Below are positions 1 through 15,664 of a stretch of DNA of 64,000 bases, piece after piece. Both the position numbers and the translations under genes were made by a program. Every line of letters starts with the position of its first letter. Position 1 is the first letter of the stretch. Source of the stretch: Fonticula alba ATCC 38817 (lineage: Eukaryota > Protista > Nucleariida). The notes under the pieces were generated by a model, which had not been told where the DNA came from, did not search any database, and worked only from the letters and a program-made list of their open reading frames with translations. The stretch lies in NCBI GenBank assembly GCA_000388065.2, contig KB932203.1; one strand, given 5' to 3'.

Positions 1-1257
1 CCCCCTCCCCCCCTCCCCCAACAGGCGGCAATCAGTCTCCCCCTCCCTTCTTTCCTTCTCCGGCACCTGCGTACGGTCTACTCGCTGACCTGTGGATGGG
101 ACCGAGGGTGAAAAGGTTCACATGGAGGGCCAGATATGCCCTTGTTTCTCCCTTGTCGCGGCTTCACCCACGTGTGCATGCACACGCACACACATCCGCA
201 TGTGTGTGCGTGTGTGTGTGAGAGAGAGAGGGTCGGTGTGTGTCTCTCCGACACCATGAGAGAGATGCTCAGCAGTTTTTTGTGTCTCCTCTCCCATCTG
301 GTCGTGCGCGCGTGTCCCCAGCCCAACTCAGCGCGCATGTCTGTCTCTCAATCTATCCTTCCTCCTCTGTTTCTTGCCCGACAGCCCCCCACCCCGCCCC
401 CTTCCTCCTCTTCCTCCTCTTTAATCTTCACAGCATGTACACACATAATAGACCCCCTTTGAATGGATGCCACCTTCCCAGGTGGTACATCGAGCCAGGT
501 GGAGTCCCCATGCTAAATGTGCAGAGAGAGCTGAGGCAGTCCTCGCCTGGGCCGCTTGTCCTTTCCTCTGTCACGCCTTGGGTCCTTTGCCTCACCAAAG
601 ACCCCCCCCCCCCCTCACTGCCGTTGACAATGAGACATGGAGTTCACCTACTTTTCGTAAAAGTGCACATCGTAGTTTCGCAATGCGCACACAGGGGGGC
701 GAGGGGAGGAGGATGGTGTTTATTACGACAAGGAGGTAACTCTTCTGGGGCGAAGTGCGCGTATGCATTCGGCATGGACACGATGCACACATGTGGGCGC
801 GACCCTCAGCCTCCCGTTCGGGCAGCGTTTCCAAGTGCTCAAGGGCAGTGAGAGGGGGTAGGGAGGGCGAGAGGCGGGAGAGGGACGAGGGGGAGGATAA
901 TGTACAGCTGTGTTCGCGTGGTCCGTCACAGGGAGCGGGAGTCACGCAAAAGCACACATGGGTAGAGAGTGAGGCGCACTTGCGCAGGCAAGGGGAGAAA
1001 GGCGAGAGGCAGCGGTGCAACACAACGCGAGGCATGTGCGCGACACATCTAGGTGAGAGGGGGGAAGTCATGCCGCGTATGCGCGTGCACGCTCACATGT
1101 CACATGTGGAGAGATGCTGCTTCTGCCGCCTCCCGCGCAAAGGCAGGGAAGGGGGGGGGGGGGCTACTATGGTACAACTGGCCGTGTGCGGCCGAGAGGG
1201 GGGAAGGGAGAGAGAGGGGCGCAGAGCCGGACGGGAAAGACCACATGCGACACCTCC

Positions 1258-4270
<3,013 letters not shown>

Positions 4271-4346
4271 GGATACTTCTCGAGGGAGAGAGAGAGAGAG
4301 GGAGGGAGGGGCTGTCGAGAAGGAGGGACTATTGGGAGGGAGGGAC

Positions 4347-4891
4347 NNNNNNNNNNNNNNNNNNNNNNNNNNNNNNNNNNNNNNNNNNNNNNNNNNNNNN
4401 NNNNNNNNNNNNNNNNNNNNNNNNNNNNNNNNNNNNNNNNNNNNNNNNNNNNNNNNNNNNNNNNNNNNNNNNNNNNNNNNNNNNNNNNNNNNNNNNNNNN
4501 NNNNNNNNNNNNNNNNNNNNNNNNNNNNNNNNNNNNNNNNNNNNNNNNNNNNNNNNNNNNNNNNNNNNNNNNNNNNNNNNNNNNNNNNNNNNNNNNNNNN
4601 NNNNNNNNNNNNNNNNNNNNNNNNNNNNNNNNNNNNNNNNNNNNNNNNNNNNNNNNNNNNNNNNNNNNNNNNNNNNNNNNNNNNNNNNNNNNNNNNNNNN
4701 NNNNNNNNNNNNNNNNNNNNNNNNNNNNNNNNNNNNNNNNNNNNNNNNNNNNNNNNNNNNNNNNNNNNNNNNNNNNNNNNNNNNNNNNNNNNNNNNNNNN
4801 NNNNNNNNNNNNNNNNNNNNNNNNNNNNNNNNNNNNNNNNNNNNNNNNNNNNNNNNNNNNNNNNNNNNNNNNNNNNNNNNNNNNNNNNNNN
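4347..4891. other. Assembly gap (others: 6243-6800, 13648-13990, 14915-15214, 16209-16358, 18322-18388, 23594-23683, 45893-45952, 48362-48399)
   Basis: Runs of N. ORF-track entries spanning these gaps are artefacts. Confidence 1.
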
Positions 4892-7220
4892 CCCACCAAG
4901 GGGATTACCGCCCCCAGGGGGAGAGGGGGCCACCTCCCCCCTCACTGTGATTGGCACCAAGTGGCAGAGGATGAATGGCAGGCTCGCAAGAGGGACTGGC
5001 CGCCTCTGGGATGCCCGTCCCGTACGCCGTCCTCCCTCCCCTCGGCCTCCTCCGCTGGAAGGGCCCCTCTCTCCCTCGGTGCGCGTCGGGCCACTGGGGC
5101 GATCGACGGGGGTGTTCTGCCCCCGGAGAAGAGGGGCCCACGGTGCGAAGCCCGACGACCCGCTCTCCCCCTGGTGCCTGGCCTTCCCCTTTCTGCGTCG
5201 CCGCCCTGCTGTCTTCCTCCCTCTCTCTCTCCCCGCCGGACCTTTTCCCCCTTGTCCTGCATCCCTGCCGCCTGGGTACTCCCCCAGATCCCGCGCCAAT
5301 GGTGGGTGCACTGATCGGCGCACTGGCAGCCGCAAGTCAGGCAGCGGCAGCCCAAGACCTGGCTGAGAGGGATTACATACGCATTTATCTGCCGGGGGCC
5401 GCCTCGTTTCTCCGTCCCCCCCCCCCCCCCTCGCCCCCTCCGCTCCTGACTCAGGCAGTGATTCTCTCGAACCGGAGAGCCCCAGAGAGAGGGAGGCACA
5501 TGCGTGAAACGTCGGTGTGTCCGGGTCGTGACTATTCTTTTTTCACATATATTCCTCCTGTGTCAGGGTATGCCCCTCCTTGGCCGGGAGTCAGCGAGTG
5601 AGGAGGCTGGTGCGCTCGGCGCAAATAAATGAGACCCCTCCCTTGCCCGACGTTGGCCATCGCTGAAAAACGCCGTCCACGGCGCGCACGCTGGCTCCCT
5701 TTGATCGCCGGGCAAGGGCCCCCTTGAGCGCCGTCTCGCGAGCGGCGGGGCCGGAGTGCCGTGGAAAGGCTCTCCGGCAACCCCCCTTCCCGGCTGGACA
5801 GGGGGGGGGGGGGGCGAGGCGATGGTCGGCGGTTGCGTCCTGCTCGCTCCTCGGCGGGCGCTGTGTTCCTTCGCCGCTCGCTTTTCTCTTCTTCGGCGCG
5901 CCGGGAGGTCATGCTTCGTGCCGGTCTCTCTGTGTGTGTGTGTGTGCGGGGGGGGGGGGGGAACCTCGTTGACTGGCTTCGTCAGCGGCGTGGCCGATCG
6001 GGCGAAGCTTCCCTGAGTCAGGCCAGAGAGGTGCTCCTCACCCTGGGGACTGGCACCGTGGTTGACCTGGGCCCACTCGCAACGGTGGAATGCCGGTGTC
6101 ATTATGAGTGCCCGTTCCCCCCCCCCCACGGCCGGCTCGTGCCAGGTGCGTGGCCCCGGCCCCGGTCGTCCCACGCTCAGTCCGGATGGGCCCCGCACCA
6201 CTCAGGGCGGCCCGCATACCCCCGACGGTAGGGCCGGGGGGGNNNNNNNNNNNNNNNNNNNNNNNNNNNNNNNNNNNNNNNNNNNNNNNNNNNNNNNNNN
6301 NNNNNNNNNNNNNNNNNNNNNNNNNNNNNNNNNNNNNNNNNNNNNNNNNNNNNNNNNNNNNNNNNNNNNNNNNNNNNNNNNNNNNNNNNNNNNNNNNNNN
6401 NNNNNNNNNNNNNNNNNNNNNNNNNNNNNNNNNNNNNNNNNNNNNNNNNNNNNNNNNNNNNNNNNNNNNNNNNNNNNNNNNNNNNNNNNNNNNNNNNNNN
6501 NNNNNNNNNNNNNNNNNNNNNNNNNNNNNNNNNNNNNNNNNNNNNNNNNNNNNNNNNNNNNNNNNNNNNNNNNNNNNNNNNNNNNNNNNNNNNNNNNNNN
6601 NNNNNNNNNNNNNNNNNNNNNNNNNNNNNNNNNNNNNNNNNNNNNNNNNNNNNNNNNNNNNNNNNNNNNNNNNNNNNNNNNNNNNNNNNNNNNNNNNNNN
6701 NNNNNNNNNNNNNNNNNNNNNNNNNNNNNNNNNNNNNNNNNNNNNNNNNNNNNNNNNNNNNNNNNNNNNNNNNNNNNNNNNNNNNNNNNNNNNNNNNNNN
6801 CCCCGCCGTGGCCTCCGTGGCCTGGCGGCGTGCGGCGGGGCCTCGAGGGCGCAGAACGCACCTCCCTACGCCATGGGTGTGTGGTCCTGGAAAGGTGGGC
6901 CGTCATGCCCCGGGGGGTGGGCCGAGGACGGGATACAACCACAATGCGAAAGGGCGAGCGGACTCAGTCGCGCCGCCAGCGCGCGCGTGCGCGCGCGTGC
7001 GTGCCCGTGTCCGTCCCCTCCCGAACCCCCAAAAGTAGCGTGAGCACCGCCGTTTGTTAACCACCGCGCGGTGAAAAGACTCCCCCCCCCCGAGAGACCG
7101 CCAGGCTGCCGAATTCCCCGCACCCACCCGCCTGGCACAAAGGGACCCGAGGGGTGCCGCCCGCGCACCCTCCCCCCTCCCACCCCATGTTCCCCGGGGG
7201 GGTGGCCTCCCCCCCCCCGA

Positions 7221-7251
<31 letters not shown>

Positions 7252-8332
7252 TCGCCGGGCACAAGCGCACAAACATACAGGCGCGCGCCGCGAGGCCTGT
7301 TCCCGCCCTCCCCCGGGGGGGAGAGGACGGTACCGGGAGAACAACGATGGCCCACCCTCTGGGCCAGACCGGGGGCCCTGTGGGCGATGCGACGCGCCCC
7401 GGCCCTGCCGATTTTCGCGGCGGCAGACACCTCTCGACCTGTGGCGATTACCAATGGTCCAGGGCCCCGGAAGCCGGCCCAGCCCCCCCCCCCCTCCACT
7501 CTCTCGGGCGCCTCTTCGGGGAGGTGCGTGGCCGGGGGAGCTGTCTGCGGCCAGTCCGGCCGAAGAGAGGGGGACACACGCGCCCACGCTTCGGGACGAC
7601 AATAGCCGACGGAGCGCCTCGCCAGTCTCGCGGGCGGCTTGCTCCAACAAGGATCTCACAAATGTGATAGGATCACGGGCACATTACCAAGACGGGACCA
7701 ACCATGTGATGAACACGTACTTGTAGTTCAGACTACAACCAGTGTTTGGGCTGTCTTCTCCGGGTTGCCCCCAGCCCGAGAGGTGGCTGTTCCCTCTTGG
7801 GCCCTGGCTTTGGGCGACTCGGGCTCCCAGACCTGGAGGGCCGGGAAGAAGGAAGGGCCAGGTGCACCCTAGACCGGCGGGGCAGTATCTTCTCGATCAG
7901 TCTGGCGTCCAGGGATCTCTCTGTACCACGCCGCCCCCCCTCCCCGCTCCATCTCGATCAGGAGCTACACCAGGGACTCGAGTCCTTTCTGTGGGGACCT
8001 CGCCCCCGGCGAGACCCAACCGCGGCCCATGTGCGCCGGACCTGATGGCGATGGTGATGATGTGGTGCCGATCGTGTCCGACCTGAGATCGCCAAAAAAA
8101 ATATAACATGTAGACAAACGAGGGGGCGGAGGGGAAAATGGGCTAGCCTCTTGGACGCCCCTCAAGGGGCTCTTGGGCCTGCCCACCACCGCCGCCTCTG
8201 CCACAAGACCATCCCCCCCCCCGCCCTATCTCTCTCTTTCTTTATCTCCCCCCCCCTCTCTCTCCCTCTTCCTCTCCCTCTCCCACTCGTCTCCTCTGCT
8301 GTCCCTCCCCACAGTGAAGCCCAGCCGCGGTC

Positions 8333-11300
8333 ATGCTTCGGCTCGCGCAGGCGATGGCCCGTGCGCGGCCCGGGGCCCTTGGGGCATCCCCTGGCCCCGG
8401 TGCCTCGGGCCATCGGCCGAGCTCGCTCTTTCGGACCTTGCGTCGCAGCGCACGCCGGGTTGCCAGAACCATTCAGGCTGCCCGGCCTGGTGCCTCGCCT
8501 CCTTCGCTGCAAACTCGGCCCGCGAGCGCCACCGCCGGTCCGAGCACCGGCATGTCTCTCCTGCGTGGGTGTGATGGCGCCTGCTCGGGCACCCCCCGAG
8601 ACCCGTGCTTCCCATCGGCTCCGGGATCCCACATGGCCGACGAGGAGCCAATGTGCCGGCTGGGGCGAACACGCCGATCGCCCCCGCCCTCTCCTCGGTC
8701 TCGGCGCTTTGCCAGCTCGCCGGTTGGCCAGCAATCATCTCACTTGAGTGTCGTACTGGCCGGTCTGTTGGAGGCGTCCGGCACTGGCGGTCGAACTCCG
8801 CCACACTCCACATGGGGCTGGCGACACCTATCCCGCGCCGCCCCGGCCGTTGGGCACTACCTGTCAGATGCTCTGCGCCTGGTTGGCCTGCAAATTGATG
8901 CCCTCGGGGAAAAGTCCAACACCCTGCCGGCGCCGGGGTCCACCTCGGCACCGGCCACAACGACCAGCCCGGCCCTGCGACCGGCCCAGCTCGCCAACGC
9001 CTCCTGGCAATTGGCCGAATCGGCCTGGCGTTTGGCACAGCAAAATGCCGTGGCCTCCTATGGCCTGGCGGCCCAGCGTCTCCCGGGCCTCTGGCAAACG
9101 CTGGCCACCTCCACCACCGGGGTCACCTCTCGAGCTCCACTGCCAGGGCTACCTGCCCTGGATGCCCTGCGTGAGAGCCCCCTGCTTCGTGCACTCCTGG
9201 GCTTTGAGGCCGTGGTCCAGCTACAGGAGCTGGCTCGGCAGAAGTCTGCCGGTGTGCCGGCCGCGCTGGATGGCTTGGCCAGGGTGTCGCGCGATTTTCT
9301 CATCACCCAGCTGGGGTCCTCCCTGGCAGCTGGAGCCCAACAGCTGCCGCACTTGGCCGCCATCGGCCTCATCGAGCGGCCTGTCGACGCTTGGACCGTG
9401 GCAGATGGCCTTGCCAGCGCGGGAGCCGGCCTGTCAGCCGGCGTGCACAATCCCTCGGGGCCGACTGCGGCCCGCCTGTTGGCCGTACACAATCAAACCG
9501 GCCGCGAGGTGGTAGCCCGCCTGCGACCGGTATTGTCACATCCGACCGACCGGTCCGGTGATGGGGCAGGCCCGTTGCACTATTTCGGCTTGGGATGTAC
9601 CTCGCGCTCGCCGTACCTGGCGCCCTTGGTTTTGCGCGATCCGGATGCCCGGGAACTGAGTATTCGTCTGGCGCCGGGCACCTGGCGCGAGCTGTCCCTA
9701 CAGGTGGAGCCTTCGGCCGGAATACTGAGCCAAGGCGCCGGTGCGGATCTCCGCGCCTTGGCGGCCCAGGTGGAGTTTTCTTTTGCCGATGAAACGGCCC
9801 CCGCCTCCGAGGCCAGCACCTCACACGTGGTGCTCCTACACCCGAGTCTCAGTGCTGTGCGCTTGGAGGATGATCCCACCGATGGGGGCATTGCCTCACG
9901 GAACGGTTCGTCCTGCGCATGTCGTGGTTCGACGACGGGGAGGCGGGCGAGGGCGAGGGCGAGGGCGAGGGCGAGGGCGAGGGCGAGGGCGAGGGCGAGG
10001 GACAGAGACAGGGGGAGGGGTGAGACGGAGTACCCTCACTTGCTGGTGGCTAATCTAACATTCGTCGGTCGGTCTTCGCCCAGTGTTTGGTGACTATATC
10101 GGCTACTACATGAACTCGATGACGCTTGATGCGTTGGGAACACTGCTTGGCCCCAGTGGCCGCGGCTTAAGCCGAGTGCCGGGCCCCGTCCGGCGACCCT
10201 CCCTCTTGGGCCTCCTGTCGCCGGGGCTCGGGGCGAGTACCGGTGGACTGCGGGTACGGCGTTTGCGCGATCGCCTGGCCATGGCAGCCGGCCGCTGCCG
10301 CGCTCTTCCCCCACCGAGCAGCCCGCCCATCCGCCTGGTGCCTGGAGGCTATGACCTGCCAGCCGGCGTGCATCCCAGCAGCTTGCTGCATCCGGGGGAG
10401 GCGGAGTTTTTGGAAATCCGCAAGCGAGCCATGGTCGCCAGCTTCGCCCGGTTCATCGGAGTCGATGAGGCGGAGGTCGATCCGCGGGACATCCCGACCG
10501 TGGCCTTCGCCGCCAGGTGGGTTTCCTTCCTTCCTTCTTTTTCTCCCTCCTTTCCCCCTGCACGCCTATCGCCCTGGTCTTTGTCGCCTTCCCCGTCTGT
10601 CGATCTGACCCCCCCCCCCCCCCCCCCCTCTGAACTCCCCCCCCCCCGGCACCCTTGCTGTAACACCTCCAGTGGTGGCGGCTACCGAGCAATGGTTTCG
10701 TCTTTTGGTTTTGTGGCCGAACTCGAGCGCCAGGGTCTTCTGGACTGCGTGTCCTACATGGCAGGGCTGGTACGCCTGAGGGGCTTGCCCTTCCGGGCAT
10801 CTTGTGCTCTGACTTGCCTTTCCCTGTTGCAACCTGGCTGACTGTGTGCTCGTACCCAGTCGGGCTCTTCGTGGATGTTGGCGCGACTGTATGCCCACGC
10901 GTTGCATGCCGGTGCCAATGGCGGCCGACTTGCCCCGGGCCAGGTACTGGAGGAGTTGCCTCCGAGATTGGAGCACCACCTGATCAATGTCCTGCTTCCA
11001 TGGACTCAGTGCGTGGAGGGTTCCCGGCCTGGGGCATCGCCCGCCCGCACGCGGTTCGCCACGCATCTGCTGCGCCGCACACTTGAAACCGGTTCGTGTC
11101 CCCTCGAGCTGCCTGGCACGTTTCCCTCGCTGCCAGGGCCTCCCCTACTGACAATTCCCCCGACTGGCATGGTGAAGATTCCCTCTCGGCCATCGATATC
11201 TGGGGCGCGGCGCTTGGGACTCAACTCCTGGATGATTACACGCCAGTCGAGGCTCGAGACACTGGGCATGGATCACTGCCTGAGCCGCTGCGCCTGAGCC

Positions 11301-11553
11301 AGTTTACCTCACTCCTAGAGAGCGGCCGGGTCCCACTTCCCATCTTTACCGCGGTTCAGGTTGCCAGTGGCGGGGATCAGACGGTGGTCGCTGATGTAGA
11401 TACTGGGCCGCCGCTCAGTTGGTTCGAGTGGACTCCCCTCGAGGCGGGCAGCCGAGATCTTGGGGGATTTGTCCCGCTGTCGCGTCTCAGCTCCGATCGT
11501 GTGAGCTCCGATGTGGGTGGCCCGGCTTCGGAGATGCCACTTGTGCGTAGCTT

Positions 11554-11586
<33 letters not shown>

Positions 11587-13129
11587 CTGGGGGGGGGTCG
11601 CTCTTTTTGGGATCGCTGTCGCTTCCCTCCTTTCCTAATGGCCCCGGTCAGAGACAAGCATGCTAACTACCGCGTCTTTCGGGGCGGGGGCGGGGCTAGC
11701 ACCGGGTGATGGCCATCGGCGGGTCGGCCTTCTGTGCGACTTTCGGCCAATCGTGGCGAGAGCTCGTCGCCTCGCGCATTGAGCACCACCGCACCGCGCT
11801 GGAGCCACATCTGGATGGCATGACATCGCCCCAGCCACCAGGAGGCGCTGCCAGCGTCACTGGTGCCGGGGCCCTGCGCCAGTGGACGGACTGGCTGACC
11901 GATTTGGCATCTGAGGTACGCCCGGGTCCGCTGTTCATCCGCCTCCTCCGGCTCTCCTCCCGGGGCCGCCTCTCACCAGCCAATCCTCTGGCCCTGTCGC
12001 CGGCTCTTGTCGTCGGGTCTCCAGTCCTCGCTGCCCTTCCGCAATGCATCGCTCTTTTCTCCGGCCCCGATCTACAATTTCCCCGTCCTCCAGGACGGCA
12101 GCCCCACAACACAGGATGTCTGGCTGGCGGATGCCGGCATTGGCGTGCGTGCACGAGTGTGCCTTTTGTTATCTTCCCTTCTTCTCTTCGATCCCTTTGC
12201 TGTGCCCTGCTCGCTGGCTGCCCCCCCCCCCTCCTCGCATCTCCTGCTTCTCTCTCTCGTTCTCTCTCTCTCTCTCTCTCGTTCTCTGCCCCTCCTACTC
12301 GCCCGCTGTCCTTTCGCTTGGCTCACCTTGCCCGTTGTGTAGTTCAATCTCCCCCTGCCGCCGCTGCTGCGCCAGGAGCGCGGTGTGGATGTGATCCTGT
12401 CGTTTGATGCCTCAAGCGAGGTGACCCGCGGCGAGGAGGGCATTCCCAGGGCGGACATGGTTGAGGCGGCCCAACCGTCACCCGAGGTGTCTGACCACTT
12501 CTTTGACCACTCCACCCCTGATCATGTTTTTGCCCTGGAGTGCATCGCTCCACTTGGCGAGCTGGACCCACTCCCGCGACTGGATCGATCGCACTTGGCG
12601 GGCGACGTCGATGGCATGGGACATGCCGGCCAGCAGCCTCTCCCGGAGGAGGACCGATCTCATGCCATGATCCGGCAGTTTGTGGAACGCGCTGTCAACA
12701 GGCTGCCATTGGCCCCGCGCAAGCGCTGCGATTTGACCACACGCCTGAACACCGCGCTGCTGGAGGAGCTGGGTTTGCGGGATTCCGACCAAGCCGGCCT
12801 GGGCTATCGTCGCCTGCCGAAGTCCCTCCTCCGGGCGCGTGCCTGGTCGCAGCACCATCGGCTGTCGGTGGCGGCGCTTCGTGCGCCGAGGTGGGAAAGC
12901 CCGGCTGGCGGGCCCGCATTTTCCCTCCTGCTCCCGCCGCCTGGCGGGGCGCCCGCCCTGGACGCCGGCCCCGGCGGGCCGCACATCATCTACTCCCATC
13001 TGTCGAAGGTGCGTGGCCCCATCGCTGCTCTTTCCTTTCTGCCTCCTTTCTGCTTCCTTTCTTGGGCCATGGTTCACGCCCAGCCATCGCCTGAAGGTTG
13101 GTTCACCCCTGACTCACAACCATGTGCAT

Positions 13130-13163
<34 letters not shown>

Positions 13164-13511
13164 TGTCCGGCGTAGGAAACGGTTCTCGGCGAGGCGACGG
13201 GCGCCGGCAGCGTCTTCCACCCGGTGGACCTGGCGCCAGTGCGCGAAGAACCCCCCCTATGTGAGGACTTCCTGGACACCATCAATCTTGCTTACACCCG
13301 GCGGGAGACCGAGGCACTGGCCAACGCAGGAGCCGTGGCCGCACGCGAAAGTGTGGCCCACGCGCGCGCCGTCCTGCGCCAGCTTTGGAACGCGCGGCGG
13401 ACGGAGCGGCTGGCCGCCAGTCCAAGTGCCAACGATCTGACCATGCCTCTCGCCACCCAGCTCCACGGAGGAGGGGGCGGGAGAGGCGGGGACGGCGCCG
13501 TGCTCCTCTGA
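8333..13511 (+). CDS. Cytosolic phospholipase A2 / lysophospholipase (PLA2c, PLB family) catalytic-domain protein
   Basis: Spliced motifs SGGGYRAM, AGL|SGSSW (catalytic Ser), WFEWTPLEAG, WLADAG (catalytic Asp), NLPLPPLLRQERGVDVILSFDAS and FLDTINLAY. Multi-exon; inferred introns include 9906-10083, 10517-10672 and about 11092-11177. Confidence 0.9.
9946..10000 (+). repeat. (AGGGCG)n hexanucleotide tandem repeat, about 9 units, inside phospholipase intron
   Basis: Directly visible. The GTTCGT donor at 9906 and CAG acceptor at 10083 keep the frame, so the apparent RARARA peptide is probably not translated. Confidence 0.85.
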
Positions 13512-15664
13512 TCCTCCTGTGTATAAACTGCCCTGCCTCCTGTGTGTCAGCGCCTCTCGACCTGTACCACCTTTGCACTGAGAGTCCTGCTGAAAAAAAG
13601 AATCCCCAGGCGACTTGGCCATGTGCCCCTGCCCCTGCCCCCCCCCCNNNNNNNNNNNNNNNNNNNNNNNNNNNNNNNNNNNNNNNNNNNNNNNNNNNNN
13701 NNNNNNNNNNNNNNNNNNNNNNNNNNNNNNNNNNNNNNNNNNNNNNNNNNNNNNNNNNNNNNNNNNNNNNNNNNNNNNNNNNNNNNNNNNNNNNNNNNNN
13801 NNNNNNNNNNNNNNNNNNNNNNNNNNNNNNNNNNNNNNNNNNNNNNNNNNNNNNNNNNNNNNNNNNNNNNNNNNNNNNNNNNNNNNNNNNNNNNNNNNNN
13901 NNNNNNNNNNNNNNNNNNNNNNNNNNNNNNNNNNNNNNNNNNNNNNNNNNNNNNNNNNNNNNNNNNNNNNNNNNNNNNNNNNNNNNNNNNGGCCCCGGGC
14001 CACCTGGACCGGCAGTTATTGTGGCGCTCCCCCCGGGGGGGGCGGGGGGGGGGACCCTGCCGCGTGGAGGCCTGAGGAGCCGCTTCCCTGCGCCGTGGTA
14101 CTTTGGGCAGGGGGGCGGGGGGCTCGACGGGGGAGATTATTTCCGGGCGCCCCATCTGACCGCGGGCCACACGCGAGCGAGCGAGCGGAGAACGTCGGGC
14201 CCCTGTGTGGGCGGGCCTCCCCGCGCCAGCGAAAGGCGGGCTTCGTCTGGGCGCCCCTTCCTGGGGGGGCGCGCACAACAAACGCCTGCATCCCGTCGGC
14301 ACACGCGGGCACGCCTGTTCAGGGGTGTTCGGAACGGCGCGTAGGGAGGACGCGCGGGCCAGAGAGAGAGAGAGAGAAAGACACCCGGGCCCCTGTGAAG
14401 GCCACCAGGGCAGGCTCAGCATGAGCTACCCTCTCTTCCGGCCGGGGGCCTGGTCCGCATGAAAGTCCCGCGTCGTCTCCAGGACTAAAGGGCCCGTGGG
14501 CGCGCCGGAGTGCGGGGTGGGGCTGGGGGCGCGCGCACGCGTGCGCGCGCACACGCATCCGTGTCCCGTGCGGCATGGAGTGCCCCCGAGCGGGGCAGGA
14601 CGCTGGCGAGTCAGCATGGCGCGCCTGGTGTAGCACGCGCATGTAGAAAGACATGCGCGCAGCCTGGCGCGCCCGTGCACACAGGCAGACCGGCGCGCGT
14701 CGGGCGGGCCCCCGGCCAAGGGGGGGCGGCCGGCTGGTTTCCAAGAATCCCCAGGCCTGGCCGCCGTATGTGTATGTGTGTATGTGCGCCCGTTTGCGGC
14801 GTCAGAAAAAAAAAACGAGACGGCCCCCCAGGCCTTGGCGGGCCCACTGGTCTTCCCGCATCTCCAAGCCCCCTGGAAGAGTGAGTACACAGGCGAGAGG
14901 GGAGACGGGGGGCGNNNNNNNNNNNNNNNNNNNNNNNNNNNNNNNNNNNNNNNNNNNNNNNNNNNNNNNNNNNNNNNNNNNNNNNNNNNNNNNNNNNNNN
15001 NNNNNNNNNNNNNNNNNNNNNNNNNNNNNNNNNNNNNNNNNNNNNNNNNNNNNNNNNNNNNNNNNNNNNNNNNNNNNNNNNNNNNNNNNNNNNNNNNNNN
15101 NNNNNNNNNNNNNNNNNNNNNNNNNNNNNNNNNNNNNNNNNNNNNNNNNNNNNNNNNNNNNNNNNNNNNNNNNNNNNNNNNNNNNNNNNNNNNNNNNNNN
15201 NNNNNNNNNNNNNNGGGGGGAGATGCGCTCGGGGACCAACCACCGGCGAACTGAGGGCCATGCATCGTAGGGATGTCACCCGCCAGATCGCCCCCCCCCC
15301 CGTACACGCTCCCGGCTCGCAAGCCGCATCCAAGCCCCCTCCCCGGACTACCAGCCCACGCACTCTGCCAACTGCACTGCCCCCGTTCTGGAGGGTGGCA
15401 CATCTTGTTGCCACCTCCCCGGGCCGGAACCCTATGAAATTCGCGCTTCCCCCCAGCCAAGCAGATCTGTCTCAACACCCTGCCCAGCCACATGGCTGAA
15501 GAGCCCGCTGGACAACAACCGGGGCCTGCAGCCCCGAGACACCCCAACCATCTCTCTCTCCCCTCCCCCTCCCCCACTCCGGCCCTCGCACGCGAGGGAA
15601 GCTCCCTGTCCTCTCTCTCTCTCTCTCTCTTGCCGCGCACACACACACACACACACACTCTGCC

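Noticed and set aside
25-110. Possible terminal exon of an upstream gene (CAG|GCGGCA...TGA)
   Set aside because: The sequence is pyrimidine-rich with an internal branch-like CTGAC and gives no recognisable protein.
4975-5601. 208-aa + ORF containing MVGALIGALAAASQAAAAQDLAERDYIRIY
   Set aside because: No recognisable family, no consistent splice partners, and mostly low-complexity GC-rich sequence.
9946-10019. RARARA...DRDR peptide at the end of the 586-aa ORF
   Set aside because: It lies within an intron bounded by an in-phase GTTCGT donor (9906) and acceptor (10083). An alternative donor at 10020 is possible but less typical.
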